This document shows, in pieces, positions 44,732-53,542 of a stretch of 64,000 bases of DNA (the stretch's first letter is position 1; each line of letters opens with the position of its first letter). Under the pieces are notes generated by a model. The model saw only the letters and a list, made by a program, of their open reading frames with translations. It had not been told where the DNA came from and made no database searches. Origin of the DNA: a virus; the IMG/VR virus record IMGVR_UViG_3300027734_000056, positions 1-64,000 of that record, one strand, 5' to 3'. The position numbers and the translations under genes were made by a program.

Positions 44732-46105
44732 ATGGCAAATAAATCAATAATTAAATCTGCTAGTGCCATAGGAAATAACACATTATATACTCATACCGAT
44801 AGTACGCCTTTACTAATATCTACTAGTAATTTTAAAGTTAGTATTCCAAGTTATGCAACTTATTCTACAGATTTTGGAGTTTACTGCACTTTATATTTAG
44901 CAAAAAAACAAGCAGACGGTACTTATATTAATATAAAATTAGATCATACTATGTTTGCAGGTCAAAAAATGGTTGGAGCTGATGAATATTCCGCAGGTAC
45001 TAAATATACCATAATAGGCTATAATGAAGCTGCCTATTATGCAGTTTCTACTATTTTTTCTGGTAGTTATCCAGCTTATTCTAATGTTATCCCCAATTAT
45101 TATGTTAGCTGGCTTACTGGGTATACAATTTATGATTATGCAGTTGGCAAAGGTAAATTAACTATAAGTTCTGGAGATTATATCTATTGCACAATTGCTG
45201 GAACTAATGCAGGTGGACTAGTAATTTTTACTGCAATAATTACAGCAACAACTTTACCACAAAACCGTACATATAAAGCAACATTATTTAAAGGTTATTG
45301 GGGTTCTGGCGGCAATTATCAAAAAAATGACACTGTTATTAATGACAGTCATTTATATATGGCTATACAAGCTAATAGTGCTTCAACTATAACTACCGAT
45401 AATTGGGTATTAATTAAAAATAATGCAGCAGTTATAAAAGCTTTAACGCTATCAGATTTAACTACCGCTTCTGGTAAACTAAGTCCACTTGTTAAAGAAA
45501 CTCTTAATGTATCAAGTACCCTATCTAATAAACTTTTTGTTAATGTTTGTGTAACTGACAGTTTTGGCCCCGCCAGCACTAGTACCACTATTTCAATACC
45601 ACCCATATCAACTAATGTTACTTTAGCTCTAGCAACAAATACACAAACATTACGTAATAAATATTTTTATAATAACGGGCTTAGGGATAACACGTGGAGA
45701 AGTAATAATACTTTTAATTTTTCTGGTCAAACTGTAAACCTTAATCCTAACAGCTTTACTAAGCTTTCCAGTTATGTGTTACTTACGCCAGTAACAAAAA
45801 CTTTAACAACTGGTACAAATAATATACTTCTTAACAATACAGGCGGTATTAATTTTGTATGTCAAACCACAACAACAGCTGCAGATAGTTTTTCTATTGT
45901 TTTACCTAGTGCAAGCAGTTACGCTGGATATTTTATAATATTTTTTATAAAAATGTTAGCAGCAAATCAAACTGTAAGTTTTTCTACAGTTAAAACTAGT
46001 AGAAGTTTTAGTGCTAGTACTACAGCTAATCTTACAGACAAGTATCAATTAGTATGTGATGGCTACAATTGGTATTGTATACAAGTAAATAAAGGTATAT
46101 CATAA
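44732..46105 (+). CDS. Fibre-associated protein (paralogue of 46108..47238)
   Basis: MAN.. start, Trp-containing CBM-like motif, QTL.NK motif, C-terminal T.N.TD.Y....DG.NWY domain. Confidence 0.65.
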   Translation: MANKSIIKSASAIGNNTLYTHTDSTPLLISTSNFKVSIPSYATYSTDFGVYCTLYLAKKQADGTYINIKLDHTMFAGQKMVGADEYSAGTKYTIIGYNEAAYYAVSTIFSGSYPAYSNVIPNYYVSWLTGYTIYDYAVGKGKLTISSGDYIYCTIAGTNAGGLVIFTAIITATTLPQNRTYKATLFKGYWGSGGNYQKNDTVINDSHLYMAIQANSASTITTDNWVLIKNNAAVIKALTLSDLTTASGKLSPLVKETLNVSSTLSNKLFVNVCVTDSFGPASTSTTISIPPISTNVTLALATNTQTLRNKYFYNNGLRDNTWRSNNTFNFSGQTVNLNPNSFTKLSSYVLLTPVTKTLTTGTNNILLNNTGGINFVCQTTTTAADSFSIVLPSASSYAGYFIIFFIKMLAANQTVSFSTVKTSRSFSASTTANLTDKYQLVCDGYNWYCIQVNKGIS

Positions 46106-46107
46106 TT

Positions 46108-47238
46108 ATGGCAATTATTACAAGATCATTTAAAATTACCAGTACTACTTTACAGGATGTATTTACAGCTGATACAGATGTAACAATAATTGGGTTTGTT
46201 AAAAGTAATACAGCAGGAAATATATTCACAAGACTATTTGATAGTACAGGTACTGCGTATGATCTAACAACTGTTAATTCTGGTACTAATACTACAAAAA
46301 TAACACTTTTTTTGCCACAAGGCAGTATAGTTAGATATAGTAGCATTTATGCAACTGTTAGTGCTCCAGATTATCTTAATATAACTTATTATTATGAAGA
46401 TAGTTCAACTGATACAATAAATGCGGTAGGCATATGGAACACTAGTACTACATATGCAAGAAATAGTATAGTTTATAGAGATACTAATAGTACTAGTTAT
46501 ATAGCCAATATTACTAATACAAATAAACCTCCTGAAAGTAGTTTAGGCTATTGGCAAATACTTGCTGGACAAAATGTTGGTTTAAATATTACTTTAACTA
46601 GTGAATTAACTAGTGATACTACGGGATTTTTAACAGGAGCTACTACTGCTCTTGGTATAGCATCAACTTTAACAAATAAAACTTTAGCAGGAATCACACG
46701 TTTTAGTAACGATAGATTTTATGATTCTACAAATACTTACTATTACCAACTACCTACTGGTAATGGTGGTACCCTTGTTGATACAGATAGTGCACAAACC
46801 CTAACCAGTAAAACACTTGAAAATTGTACTATATATAATGCAACTCTTCAGTCTCCTATAAATTTTACCGCTGGCAGTATACTAAGTTTATCCAATAGTT
46901 ATATTCGTGATAGCGTTCAGACATTTGATAGCAGTTATTTTATTAGTAATAATTTTAGTTGGAGTAATCAAATACAAGGTATTACAAAACTTACTACTCC
47001 AGCTACCGCAGGTGCAGTATTATCAATTACTTTACCAGGAGTAAGCCAATATAATTCTGGTGCAAGCGGTTTAATTTTTATTACTATGGGTGCTGCCACT
47101 CAAACAATTAGTTGGCCAAATGTAAAATTAGCTGGCAGCGTAACAGCTAGCCAAACTGCAAATGCCATAGATATATATAGTGTTATCAATGATGGCACTT
47201 ATTGGTACTTAACATTACTAGATAAAGGTTTTGTATGA
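46108..47238 (+). CDS. Fibre-associated protein (paralogue of 44732..46105)
   Basis: Same domain order; C-terminal TANAIDIYSVINDGTYWY. Confidence 0.65.
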   Translation: MAIITRSFKITSTTLQDVFTADTDVTIIGFVKSNTAGNIFTRLFDSTGTAYDLTTVNSGTNTTKITLFLPQGSIVRYSSIYATVSAPDYLNITYYYEDSSTDTINAVGIWNTSTTYARNSIVYRDTNSTSYIANITNTNKPPESSLGYWQILAGQNVGLNITLTSELTSDTTGFLTGATTALGIASTLTNKTLAGITRFSNDRFYDSTNTYYYQLPTGNGGTLVDTDSAQTLTSKTLENCTIYNATLQSPINFTAGSILSLSNSYIRDSVQTFDSSYFISNNFSWSNQIQGITKLTTPATAGAVLSITLPGVSQYNSGASGLIFITMGAATQTISWPNVKLAGSVTASQTANAIDIYSVINDGTYWYLTLLDKGFV

Positions 47239-49031
47239 GTTTTGCTGTTTTAAAATTTGCAAGGTCTCAATATTTACGAGATAATACTGGTGTTTTTGTA
47301 CCATCAGATGCTTATTGGAGTTATGTAATAGCATTAGTACGAACAAATCCAGAATGTACAAATTTAACGTCTTATTCTGGATCACGCACACTTCTTACTA
47401 GTTCCATAAATGACACTAGCAGCCCAAATTCTGCATATTTAAATGGTTATAGTAGCCAGATGTGGTTTTTATCCCCTAATAGTCCATATACTACTAATTA
47501 TCCAAGTACCGATAGTGTATACTCTTTATCACAAAATGGTTATCACTTATCTACTGGTATTAATAATTATGCAAAAATTGCGTATTCCAATGCTGGTTAT
47601 CCTGAATCACCTGGTAGTGAATTATCACAGTATAATTATAATCTTATTCAACCTACTTATAATCAAATACAGATGGACAGCTATCTTGATATAGGTGTTG
47701 CTATAAAAAATGGTTTTACTCTTGAATGTTGGGTATATGTACCCACAACTGGTATTTCAACTCTTAGTGGTTTTTTACTTGGTGCTCAACACAGTGTGTT
47801 TTTATTTGTAAATAGTAATCTTACTGTAAATGTACAATATTCGCCTTTTTATAATACTACTTCTTCTGTTACTCCTGCTGGCGTTGATGAGTATGGTAGT
47901 TCATACCCAGCCAGTTACAAAACCTCTAACAGCAGTGTAAATTTATGGGATTATACTAGCAGCGCAACTTTAACAGCAGGTAGTTGGAATCATGTAGCTG
48001 TAACTTGTAGTTATACACCTCAAATGGGTGCTAATACTGGCAGCACAAATTTATTTATTAACGGCACTAGGGCAGGGCAACTACTAAATCCCACAGTATC
48101 AACAGGAGTTACGGGTGTACGAACATATTCAATTTCTGCAGACACACTTAAAAATGTAGTAATTATAGGCAGTAAACTTGAAATAACAGGTATAAGATTT
48201 ATAGCAGGAAATTGTTTAAGTATAGATAGTTTTACACGACCAACTTCAAAAGTATCAAGTAATGTAATTGGTTGGAATAATAATACTAGTACTTTTACAC
48301 ATACTGCTTGTTTTGTAACCCATTTTAGTAATAATGGGAAAAATGTACCACTTATTGATTATAGTCCTTATAGACATTATGTTACAGCTAGTACGGGGGC
48401 ATACTATATTGAACAAAGTAGCAGTTTACCTAATATATCTAATGCTACTACAAATTTAAAAAGTATATATTTTAATGGAACTACTACCCCTACCGTTGGG
48501 TTAATGCAAAACCCTCAACAACAACTTTTAAATACAACCAATAGTGTTTTAGGTTTCTTGAATGGTCAAAATTTGACAATAAACCTTTTCTTTTATAGAA
48601 CTGCTTATAGTAATGACTACATATTTGATCACGGCTCAATAGCATTATATGTTACTGGCACTCAACTTAATCTTAGACTTAGCAATAATAGTAGTCTTTA
48701 TATATCTTTAGCCGCAGGTAGTGCAAATACTGGCACTTGGTATTATGTTCAACTTAGCAGAACTAATAACGGTACTAGCAAAACATTCAAATTAACAGCA
48801 ATAGATCAGTATGGAACTGTATATTCGGGTACTGATTATACTCATGCTAGTAGAGGCGGAGATGTAGCTTATGCTCCAACTGTATCACAACTATTTATTG
48901 GCAGTGATTATCTTAGTAGTGCTGCAACTATTTTAAATGGAAACATAGTTGACTACAGGGTTACTGCTGGCATAGTTAGACCTACACCCACTACTTTTCC
49001 AAATTTTCATCCAACAGTGGCACCTACATAA
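47235..49031 (+). CDS. Concanavalin A/LamG-like lectin-domain receptor-binding protein
   Basis: FTLECWVY..GSWNHVAVT..LFING, plus a second degenerate unit ending LNGNIVDYRVTAGIVR. Confidence 0.75.
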   Translation: MSFAVLKFARSQYLRDNTGVFVPSDAYWSYVIALVRTNPECTNLTSYSGSRTLLTSSINDTSSPNSAYLNGYSSQMWFLSPNSPYTTNYPSTDSVYSLSQNGYHLSTGINNYAKIAYSNAGYPESPGSELSQYNYNLIQPTYNQIQMDSYLDIGVAIKNGFTLECWVYVPTTGISTLSGFLLGAQHSVFLFVNSNLTVNVQYSPFYNTTSSVTPAGVDEYGSSYPASYKTSNSSVNLWDYTSSATLTAGSWNHVAVTCSYTPQMGANTGSTNLFINGTRAGQLLNPTVSTGVTGVRTYSISADTLKNVVIIGSKLEITGIRFIAGNCLSIDSFTRPTSKVSSNVIGWNNNTSTFTHTACFVTHFSNNGKNVPLIDYSPYRHYVTASTGAYYIEQSSSLPNISNATTNLKSIYFNGTTTPTVGLMQNPQQQLLNTTNSVLGFLNGQNLTINLFFYRTAYSNDYIFDHGSIALYVTGTQLNLRLSNNSSLYISLAAGSANTGTWYYVQLSRTNNGTSKTFKLTAIDQYGTVYSGTDYTHASRGGDVAYAPTVSQLFIGSDYLSSAATILNGNIVDYRVTAGIVRPTPTTFPNFHPTVAPT

Positions 49032-49032
49032 A

Positions 49033-49302
49033 ATGACAGTTTACGCAAAATTACTACAAAATAGGTTGGTACTTATTACTGACCAAATACAGGTTAATGA
49101 TCCTGATAATCCTCAATGGGTTCAATTTGACTATTCTCAAATGCAGCCACAAATTGGTGATTATTATGATTTTTATACCAATACTTTTTCAAGTGTTAGT
49201 GCTAGTAGAAAAAAATATTCAAGTGCTTTTCAAGCAACTAGCATGGACGATAGTACTTTACAATATCAAACCAGAGTTATAGGCAAACCAAATGGTACAT
49301 AA
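49033..49302 (+). CDS. Small fibre-associated protein (possible chaperone)
   Basis: YAKL..PQIGDYYD...F motif directly after the lectin gene. Confidence 0.55.
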   Translation: MTVYAKLLQNRLVLITDQIQVNDPDNPQWVQFDYSQMQPQIGDYYDFYTNTFSSVSASRKKYSSAFQATSMDDSTLQYQTRVIGKPNGT

Positions 49303-49675
49303 ACAAATTATATTAGTAAGCAATTTGTGGGTTAAACAAATGCATTTTGAAGAAGTTGGTGATGTTATGACTGGGCACAGTCATAAGTTTGATCACCCCA
49401 CTTTAATTGCCAAAGGCAGTGTGTCTGTAAAAGTAAATGATAAAACTACTACGTTTACTGCGCCACATATAGTTTACATTGCAAAAGATCAACTTCACGA
49501 AATTACTGCTTTAGAAGCAGATACAGTAGCTTATTGTATTCATCCAATACGCGGTGAACGCCAAGAAGATATTTATGATCATTCGCAAGTGCCAGCAGGT
49601 ATAACTGTTCGTGACTGGAATATTTTAAATACTCCAGAGCTTTCCAAAAAGTTTGATGAGGCACAAGATGCCTGA
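49292..49675 (+). CDS. Cupin-domain protein
   Basis: GHSHKFDHPTLIAKG..FTAP..I.KD..HEITALE..YCIH. Confidence 0.85.
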   Translation: MVHKQIILVSNLWVKQMHFEEVGDVMTGHSHKFDHPTLIAKGSVSVKVNDKTTTFTAPHIVYIAKDQLHEITALEADTVAYCIHPIRGERQEDIYDHSQVPAGITVRDWNILNTPELSKKFDEAQDA

Positions 49676-49721
49676 TGTATTTAGTATACCCAACTTTATT
49701 GTTTAACATCAAGGAATATAC

Positions 49722-50495
49722 ATGACAGAGTGTCCAGTAGCCACAGTTTACAAATCAGTAAACTTAGCAAATCATTTACAAGCTATAGAACTAGCTAACT
49801 TAGGGCCTGCAGATCCACGCCAACCCAATACACTTTATTGGGGTGACAAAATGGAGTTGTGGAATGTCGCAGAAGGCGTCGCCAGAACACAGCTGTGTTT
49901 AAACTGTGAAAATTACAAAACTGACAGTGATAGCATGCAGTGTATAACTGCTGGAGGCGGTGCCACATTAAAACCAAGTGAATTGCCAGTAACACCAAGT
50001 TGGGCAGATATTACAGACATGCCAGTTGGTTACTGCACTCGTTGGGCAATAACTTGTACAGCACTACGCACTTGTGATGACTGGGAAAGTTGTAGCAGTC
50101 AAGATGATATTCAACTTGAAAATTACTTAGACGAAGACGGTTGGAGCAATTCAACCAAAAGTGCTGAAACCTACAAACCTACCAGCGGCATGGCAACTGA
50201 AGCACAACGTGCATTAGACTGGCATGCCGAAGGTCATCGTGGTGGTACTAGTGTGGGATTGGCACGAGCAAATCAACTGGTTCGTGGTGATAACTTAACT
50301 GAAAGCACAGTTATGCGCATGCATAGTTTTTTCAGTCGTCATGAAGTTGACAAAAAAGCTGAAGGATTTAGTCCAGGTGAAAAAGGTTATCCCAGCCCAG
50401 GTCGTGTAGCTTGGGGACTTTGGGGTGGTGATGCAGGTCAATCATGGGCACGTGACAAAGCTGCACACATACAAGCAGAAAGAGCAAAACAATGA
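49722..50495 (+). CDS. Two-domain hypothetical protein (Cys-rich N-domain, helical C-domain)
   Basis: CLNCENY..GYCTRWAITCTALRTCDDW; C-domain GGTSVGLARANQL..MHSFFSRHE..GRVAWGLWGGDAG; SD AAGGA. Confidence 0.75.
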   Translation: MTECPVATVYKSVNLANHLQAIELANLGPADPRQPNTLYWGDKMELWNVAEGVARTQLCLNCENYKTDSDSMQCITAGGGATLKPSELPVTPSWADITDMPVGYCTRWAITCTALRTCDDWESCSSQDDIQLENYLDEDGWSNSTKSAETYKPTSGMATEAQRALDWHAEGHRGGTSVGLARANQLVRGDNLTESTVMRMHSFFSRHEVDKKAEGFSPGEKGYPSPGRVAWGLWGGDAGQSWARDKAAHIQAERAKQ

Positions 50496-51094
50496 TTTCA
50501 GCAGAACAACTAAAACAAATTATTCCACAAAATAAAAATCAAGCAGAGTGGTTAGCGGCACTTAATTTACTATTACCAAAATATGAAATTAACACAAAAA
50601 GCCGAATCACTTGTTTTTTAGCACAGTGCGTTCATGAGTCTGCTGGTTTTACTGCACTAAAAGAAAATTTAAATTACTCAGCAGAAGGTTTGCAGAAAAC
50701 ATTTGCAAAATATTTTACTGCAGAGCAAGCAGCTGACTACGCTCGCAAACCTGAACGTATAGCCAATCGTGTATATGCCAACCGCATGGGTAATGGTTCA
50801 GAAGCATCTGGTGATGGTTATCGTCACTGTGGTCGTGGAGTTATTCAACTAACAGGTAAAGCAAACTACGAAAACTTCAGTAAAGCCATAAATAAAACAG
50901 TTGCAGAAACTGTAGTTTATTTGGGTACTACAGCAGGTGCATTAGAAAGTGCTTGTTGGTTTTGGAAAACCAATAACCTTAATCCGCTAGCTGACAACGA
51001 AGATATGAAAGCAATTACCAAAAAAATTAATGGCGGTTTTATAGGTTTAGAAGATCGTGTAAAACATTTTAATCATATCAAACAGGTGATTTAA
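50492..51094 (+). CDS. Endolysin, glycoside hydrolase family 19
   Basis: FLAQCVHES..ENLNYS..YANRMGN..GRGVIQLTGKANY..SACWFW..KKINGG. Confidence 0.95.
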   Translation: MISAEQLKQIIPQNKNQAEWLAALNLLLPKYEINTKSRITCFLAQCVHESAGFTALKENLNYSAEGLQKTFAKYFTAEQAADYARKPERIANRVYANRMGNGSEASGDGYRHCGRGVIQLTGKANYENFSKAINKTVAETVVYLGTTAGALESACWFWKTNNLNPLADNEDMKAITKKINGGFIGLEDRVKHFNHIKQVI

Positions 51095-51657
51095 TGTGGT
51101 TATTAGAATACATACCCAATTGGATATATTGGACATTACTACTTTTTAGTAGTATCGCTGTTGCTACCAGTTGGAGTCAGCAATGGCGCAACTATAATTT
51201 TTTAATGGTAATTTTTTGTGTGTTTTGTTTGAGCTGGTTTAGTAGCCAAGAGTCTTGGAAGGCTGAACTAGCAGAACTCAAGCAGCAAGCAGCTGTAATT
51301 GAACAACAATCTACACAAGCCAATCAAGAAATTCAGACCAAAACAGTAATCAAAATTAAAAAAGTAAAAGAGATTGAATATGTTAACAGAGACATTTTAC
51401 AACAAGTGGTTGTTAAAGAGCTTGACAGCAGCTGTGTTTTGCCTAAGTCTGCAGTCATGCTCCACGACAGTGCCAGTCAAAATGCCGTGGCCCAAAGTGC
51501 CAGAGACACTACTGGAGCCGCCACCGATGTTAAAGCCAGTGAGCTCCTTGACACAGTAGTAGTTAATTATGCCACTTACTATGAACTAACAGAAAAACTA
51601 AAAGCTTGGCAAGAGTGGTATCGAACTCAAAAACAAATATACGAATCTGCTAAGTAG
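51094..51657 (+). CDS. Rz: Inner-membrane spanin (Rz-like)
   Basis: N-terminal TM segments, coiled coil and a periplasmic Cys; follows the endolysin and contains an embedded lipoprotein ORF. Confidence 0.8.
   Translation: MWLLEYIPNWIYWTLLLFSSIAVATSWSQQWRNYNFLMVIFCVFCLSWFSSQESWKAELAELKQQAAVIEQQSTQANQEIQTKTVIKIKKVKEIEYVNRDILQQVVVKELDSSCVLPKSAVMLHDSASQNAVAQSARDTTGAATDVKASELLDTVVVNYATYYELTEKLKAWQEWYRTQKQIYESAK
51380..51559 (+). CDS. Rz1: Outer-membrane spanin lipoprotein (Rz1-like), embedded in the +1 frame
   Basis: Signal peptide and lipobox LQSC, then Pro-rich VPVKMPWPKVPETLLEPPPMLKP. Confidence 0.85.
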   Translation: MLTETFYNKWLLKSLTAAVFCLSLQSCSTTVPVKMPWPKVPETLLEPPPMLKPVSSLTQ

Positions 51658-51665
51658 GAGTTGCT

Positions 51666-52439
51666 ATGATTGATCCAGTAACACTCTTTGCATTAGCTAA
51701 TGGTGCTGTAAGTGCTGTTAAAGCTGGATGTAAACTTTACAAAGATATAAAAGGTGCGGCTGGTGATGTCAAAGCAGTTTTAAAAGACTTAGAAGATCAA
51801 TTTCATAAAAAACATCCTGCAGATAAACCAGCTAGCGTAGAGCAACGAAATCAATATGTTCAAGAAAAAAATCGCGTTATTGAATTAAATAAGCACGATG
51901 GAGATACCACTAACATCTATCAACAAATTGGTGAACATTTAGGCACCTATTATGATAACTACTATAGATGTATAGCCGTACTTGAAGAACAAGAACGTCG
52001 TAGTCGTACCGAAATTTATACTGGTGATAGTAGTTTAGGCAAACGTGCGCTACAACGTGTGTTAATGAAAAAACAACTAGAAAAAATGGGTAAGGATCTA
52101 CAAGAACTAATGATTTATGAGTGCCCGCCTGAATTGGGTGCACTTTGGACTGAAGTTAACGAAATGATGTTAAAACTTGGCAAAGAACAAAAAAGTTTGG
52201 TTGCCATTCAAATGCAACGTTTTCGTGTAGCAGAAGCTAGGCGGTTGGCAAGAAATCGTAAGTTAACCGAACAAGCCGTAGTTGGAACTATTATTTTATG
52301 GATAATTATACTATTTATGTATTTAATGATGTTGGTAGCTCAGGATAGGCAACAAAGATACCCTGAGTTTGGACAAGACATAATACCTCACAGAGAAATA
52401 AAAAGGAGTGCTAATGGGCATAGAATCGTCAACAATTGA
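51666..52439 (+). CDS. Hypothetical helical protein with a C-terminal TM anchor, within the lysis cassette
   Basis: SD AGGAG; amphipathic N-terminus MIDPVTLFALANGAVSAVK; TM AVVGTIILWIIILFMYLMMLV. Confidence 0.75.
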   Translation: MIDPVTLFALANGAVSAVKAGCKLYKDIKGAAGDVKAVLKDLEDQFHKKHPADKPASVEQRNQYVQEKNRVIELNKHDGDTTNIYQQIGEHLGTYYDNYYRCIAVLEEQERRSRTEIYTGDSSLGKRALQRVLMKKQLEKMGKDLQELMIYECPPELGALWTEVNEMMLKLGKEQKSLVAIQMQRFRVAEARRLARNRKLTEQAVVGTIILWIIILFMYLMMLVAQDRQQRYPEFGQDIIPHREIKRSANGHRIVNN

Positions 52440-52722
52440 AGAACAAAAAGAACATTGGATGAATACTAAATGGCGTCCAATGATGGGTTGGAGTTACATG
52501 GCAACTTGTATTGCTGATTTTGTATTATTTCCAATACTTTGGAGTTTACTACAAGCAATAAGTCATGGTAGTGTACAAACACAATGGCAACCAATTACCT
52601 TGCAAGGTGCTGGATTATATCATATTGCAATGGGTGCTGTTCTTGGTATCGCTGCATTTGGTCGTACAAAAGAAAAAATTGCCTCATTAACAGGCAGTGA
52701 TTCTTCTAGTGAAACAAAATAG
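52414..52722 (+). CDS. Putative holin (GTA 3TM-holin-like)
   Basis: KWRPMMGW..FVLFP..MGAVLGIAAFGRTKEK; SD AAGGAG 5 nt before ATG 52414. Confidence 0.7.
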   Translation: MGIESSTIEEQKEHWMNTKWRPMMGWSYMATCIADFVLFPILWSLLQAISHGSVQTQWQPITLQGAGLYHIAMGAVLGIAAFGRTKEKIASLTGSDSSSETK

Positions 52723-52790
52723 GAGAAAAACAGCTGTTAACAAGTAAAAAGAAAAATGGTTTTTCTTTTATTACATTATTGAGGAATTAT

Positions 52791-53495
52791 ATGTCAAGTG
52801 GAAAAAAATCCCGAAAAAATAAAGATAACAGATATGATGAAGTAGAAGGTTTAGTGCCAGATACGCGTTATCAATCTTTTAAAGAAGTAGAGCCTTTAAA
52901 CTTTATACAACAACAGTATTTACAAGCAATACACGAAAATGATATTATTTTTGGTGTTGGCAGTGCAGGTACTGGTAAAACATATATTTCTGCAAGTTAT
53001 GCAGCCAGTCAACTTTATCACCGCAAAGTAAATAAAATCATTTTAACCAGACCAAATGTAGAAGTTGGCAGAGGTTTAGGGTTTTTACCAGGTGGTATAG
53101 ATGAAAAGTATGCCCCTTATTTAATGCCTTTTGACAGTATATTTACAAAATGTCTTGGCAAAGGTTTTTATGAGTATGCACTAAAATCTCAAGATATAGA
53201 ACCTACTCCACTTGGATTTTTACGTGGAGCCACTTTTGAAAACTGCATTGTACTAGTAGATGAAGCTCAAAACTGTACTCGTGAAGAAATGAAAATGATG
53301 CTTTCCAGAATTGGAAAAAATTGTAAAATGATTCTTAGTGGAGACATTGAGCAAGCAGATATTCCTAACTCAGGTTTGTCAGATGCAGTAACAAGACTTG
53401 AAGGTATAAAAGGTATTGAAATTGTTAGATTCTTAGATGAGGACATAGTCAGATCTAAAATGTGTAAACAAATTATTCAAGCATATAGAAATTAA
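52791..53495 (+). CDS. phoH: PhoH-family ATPase
   Basis: GSAGTGKT, LTRP, LGFLPG, RGATF, VDEAQN, SRIG, GDIEQAD. Confidence 0.96.
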   Translation: MSSGKKSRKNKDNRYDEVEGLVPDTRYQSFKEVEPLNFIQQQYLQAIHENDIIFGVGSAGTGKTYISASYAASQLYHRKVNKIILTRPNVEVGRGLGFLPGGIDEKYAPYLMPFDSIFTKCLGKGFYEYALKSQDIEPTPLGFLRGATFENCIVLVDEAQNCTREEMKMMLSRIGKNCKMILSGDIEQADIPNSGLSDAVTRLEGIKGIEIVRFLDEDIVRSKMCKQIIQAYRN

Positions 53496-53504
53496 TAAGC
53501 AAAC

Positions 53505-53542
53505 AAAAAAGCCCTGTAAATTTAAATTTACAGGGCTTTTTT
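53505..53542. terminator. Bidirectional terminator where the late and replication operons converge
   Basis: Perfect palindrome AAAAAAGCCCTGTAAATTTAAATTTACAGGGCTTTTTT. Confidence 0.92.

Noticed and set aside
35121-49031. Diversity-generating retroelement or invertase shufflon in the fibre region
   Set aside because: No reverse transcriptase or recombinase in the window; the repeats are direct, and I saw no template/variable pair with adenine-specific mismatches.
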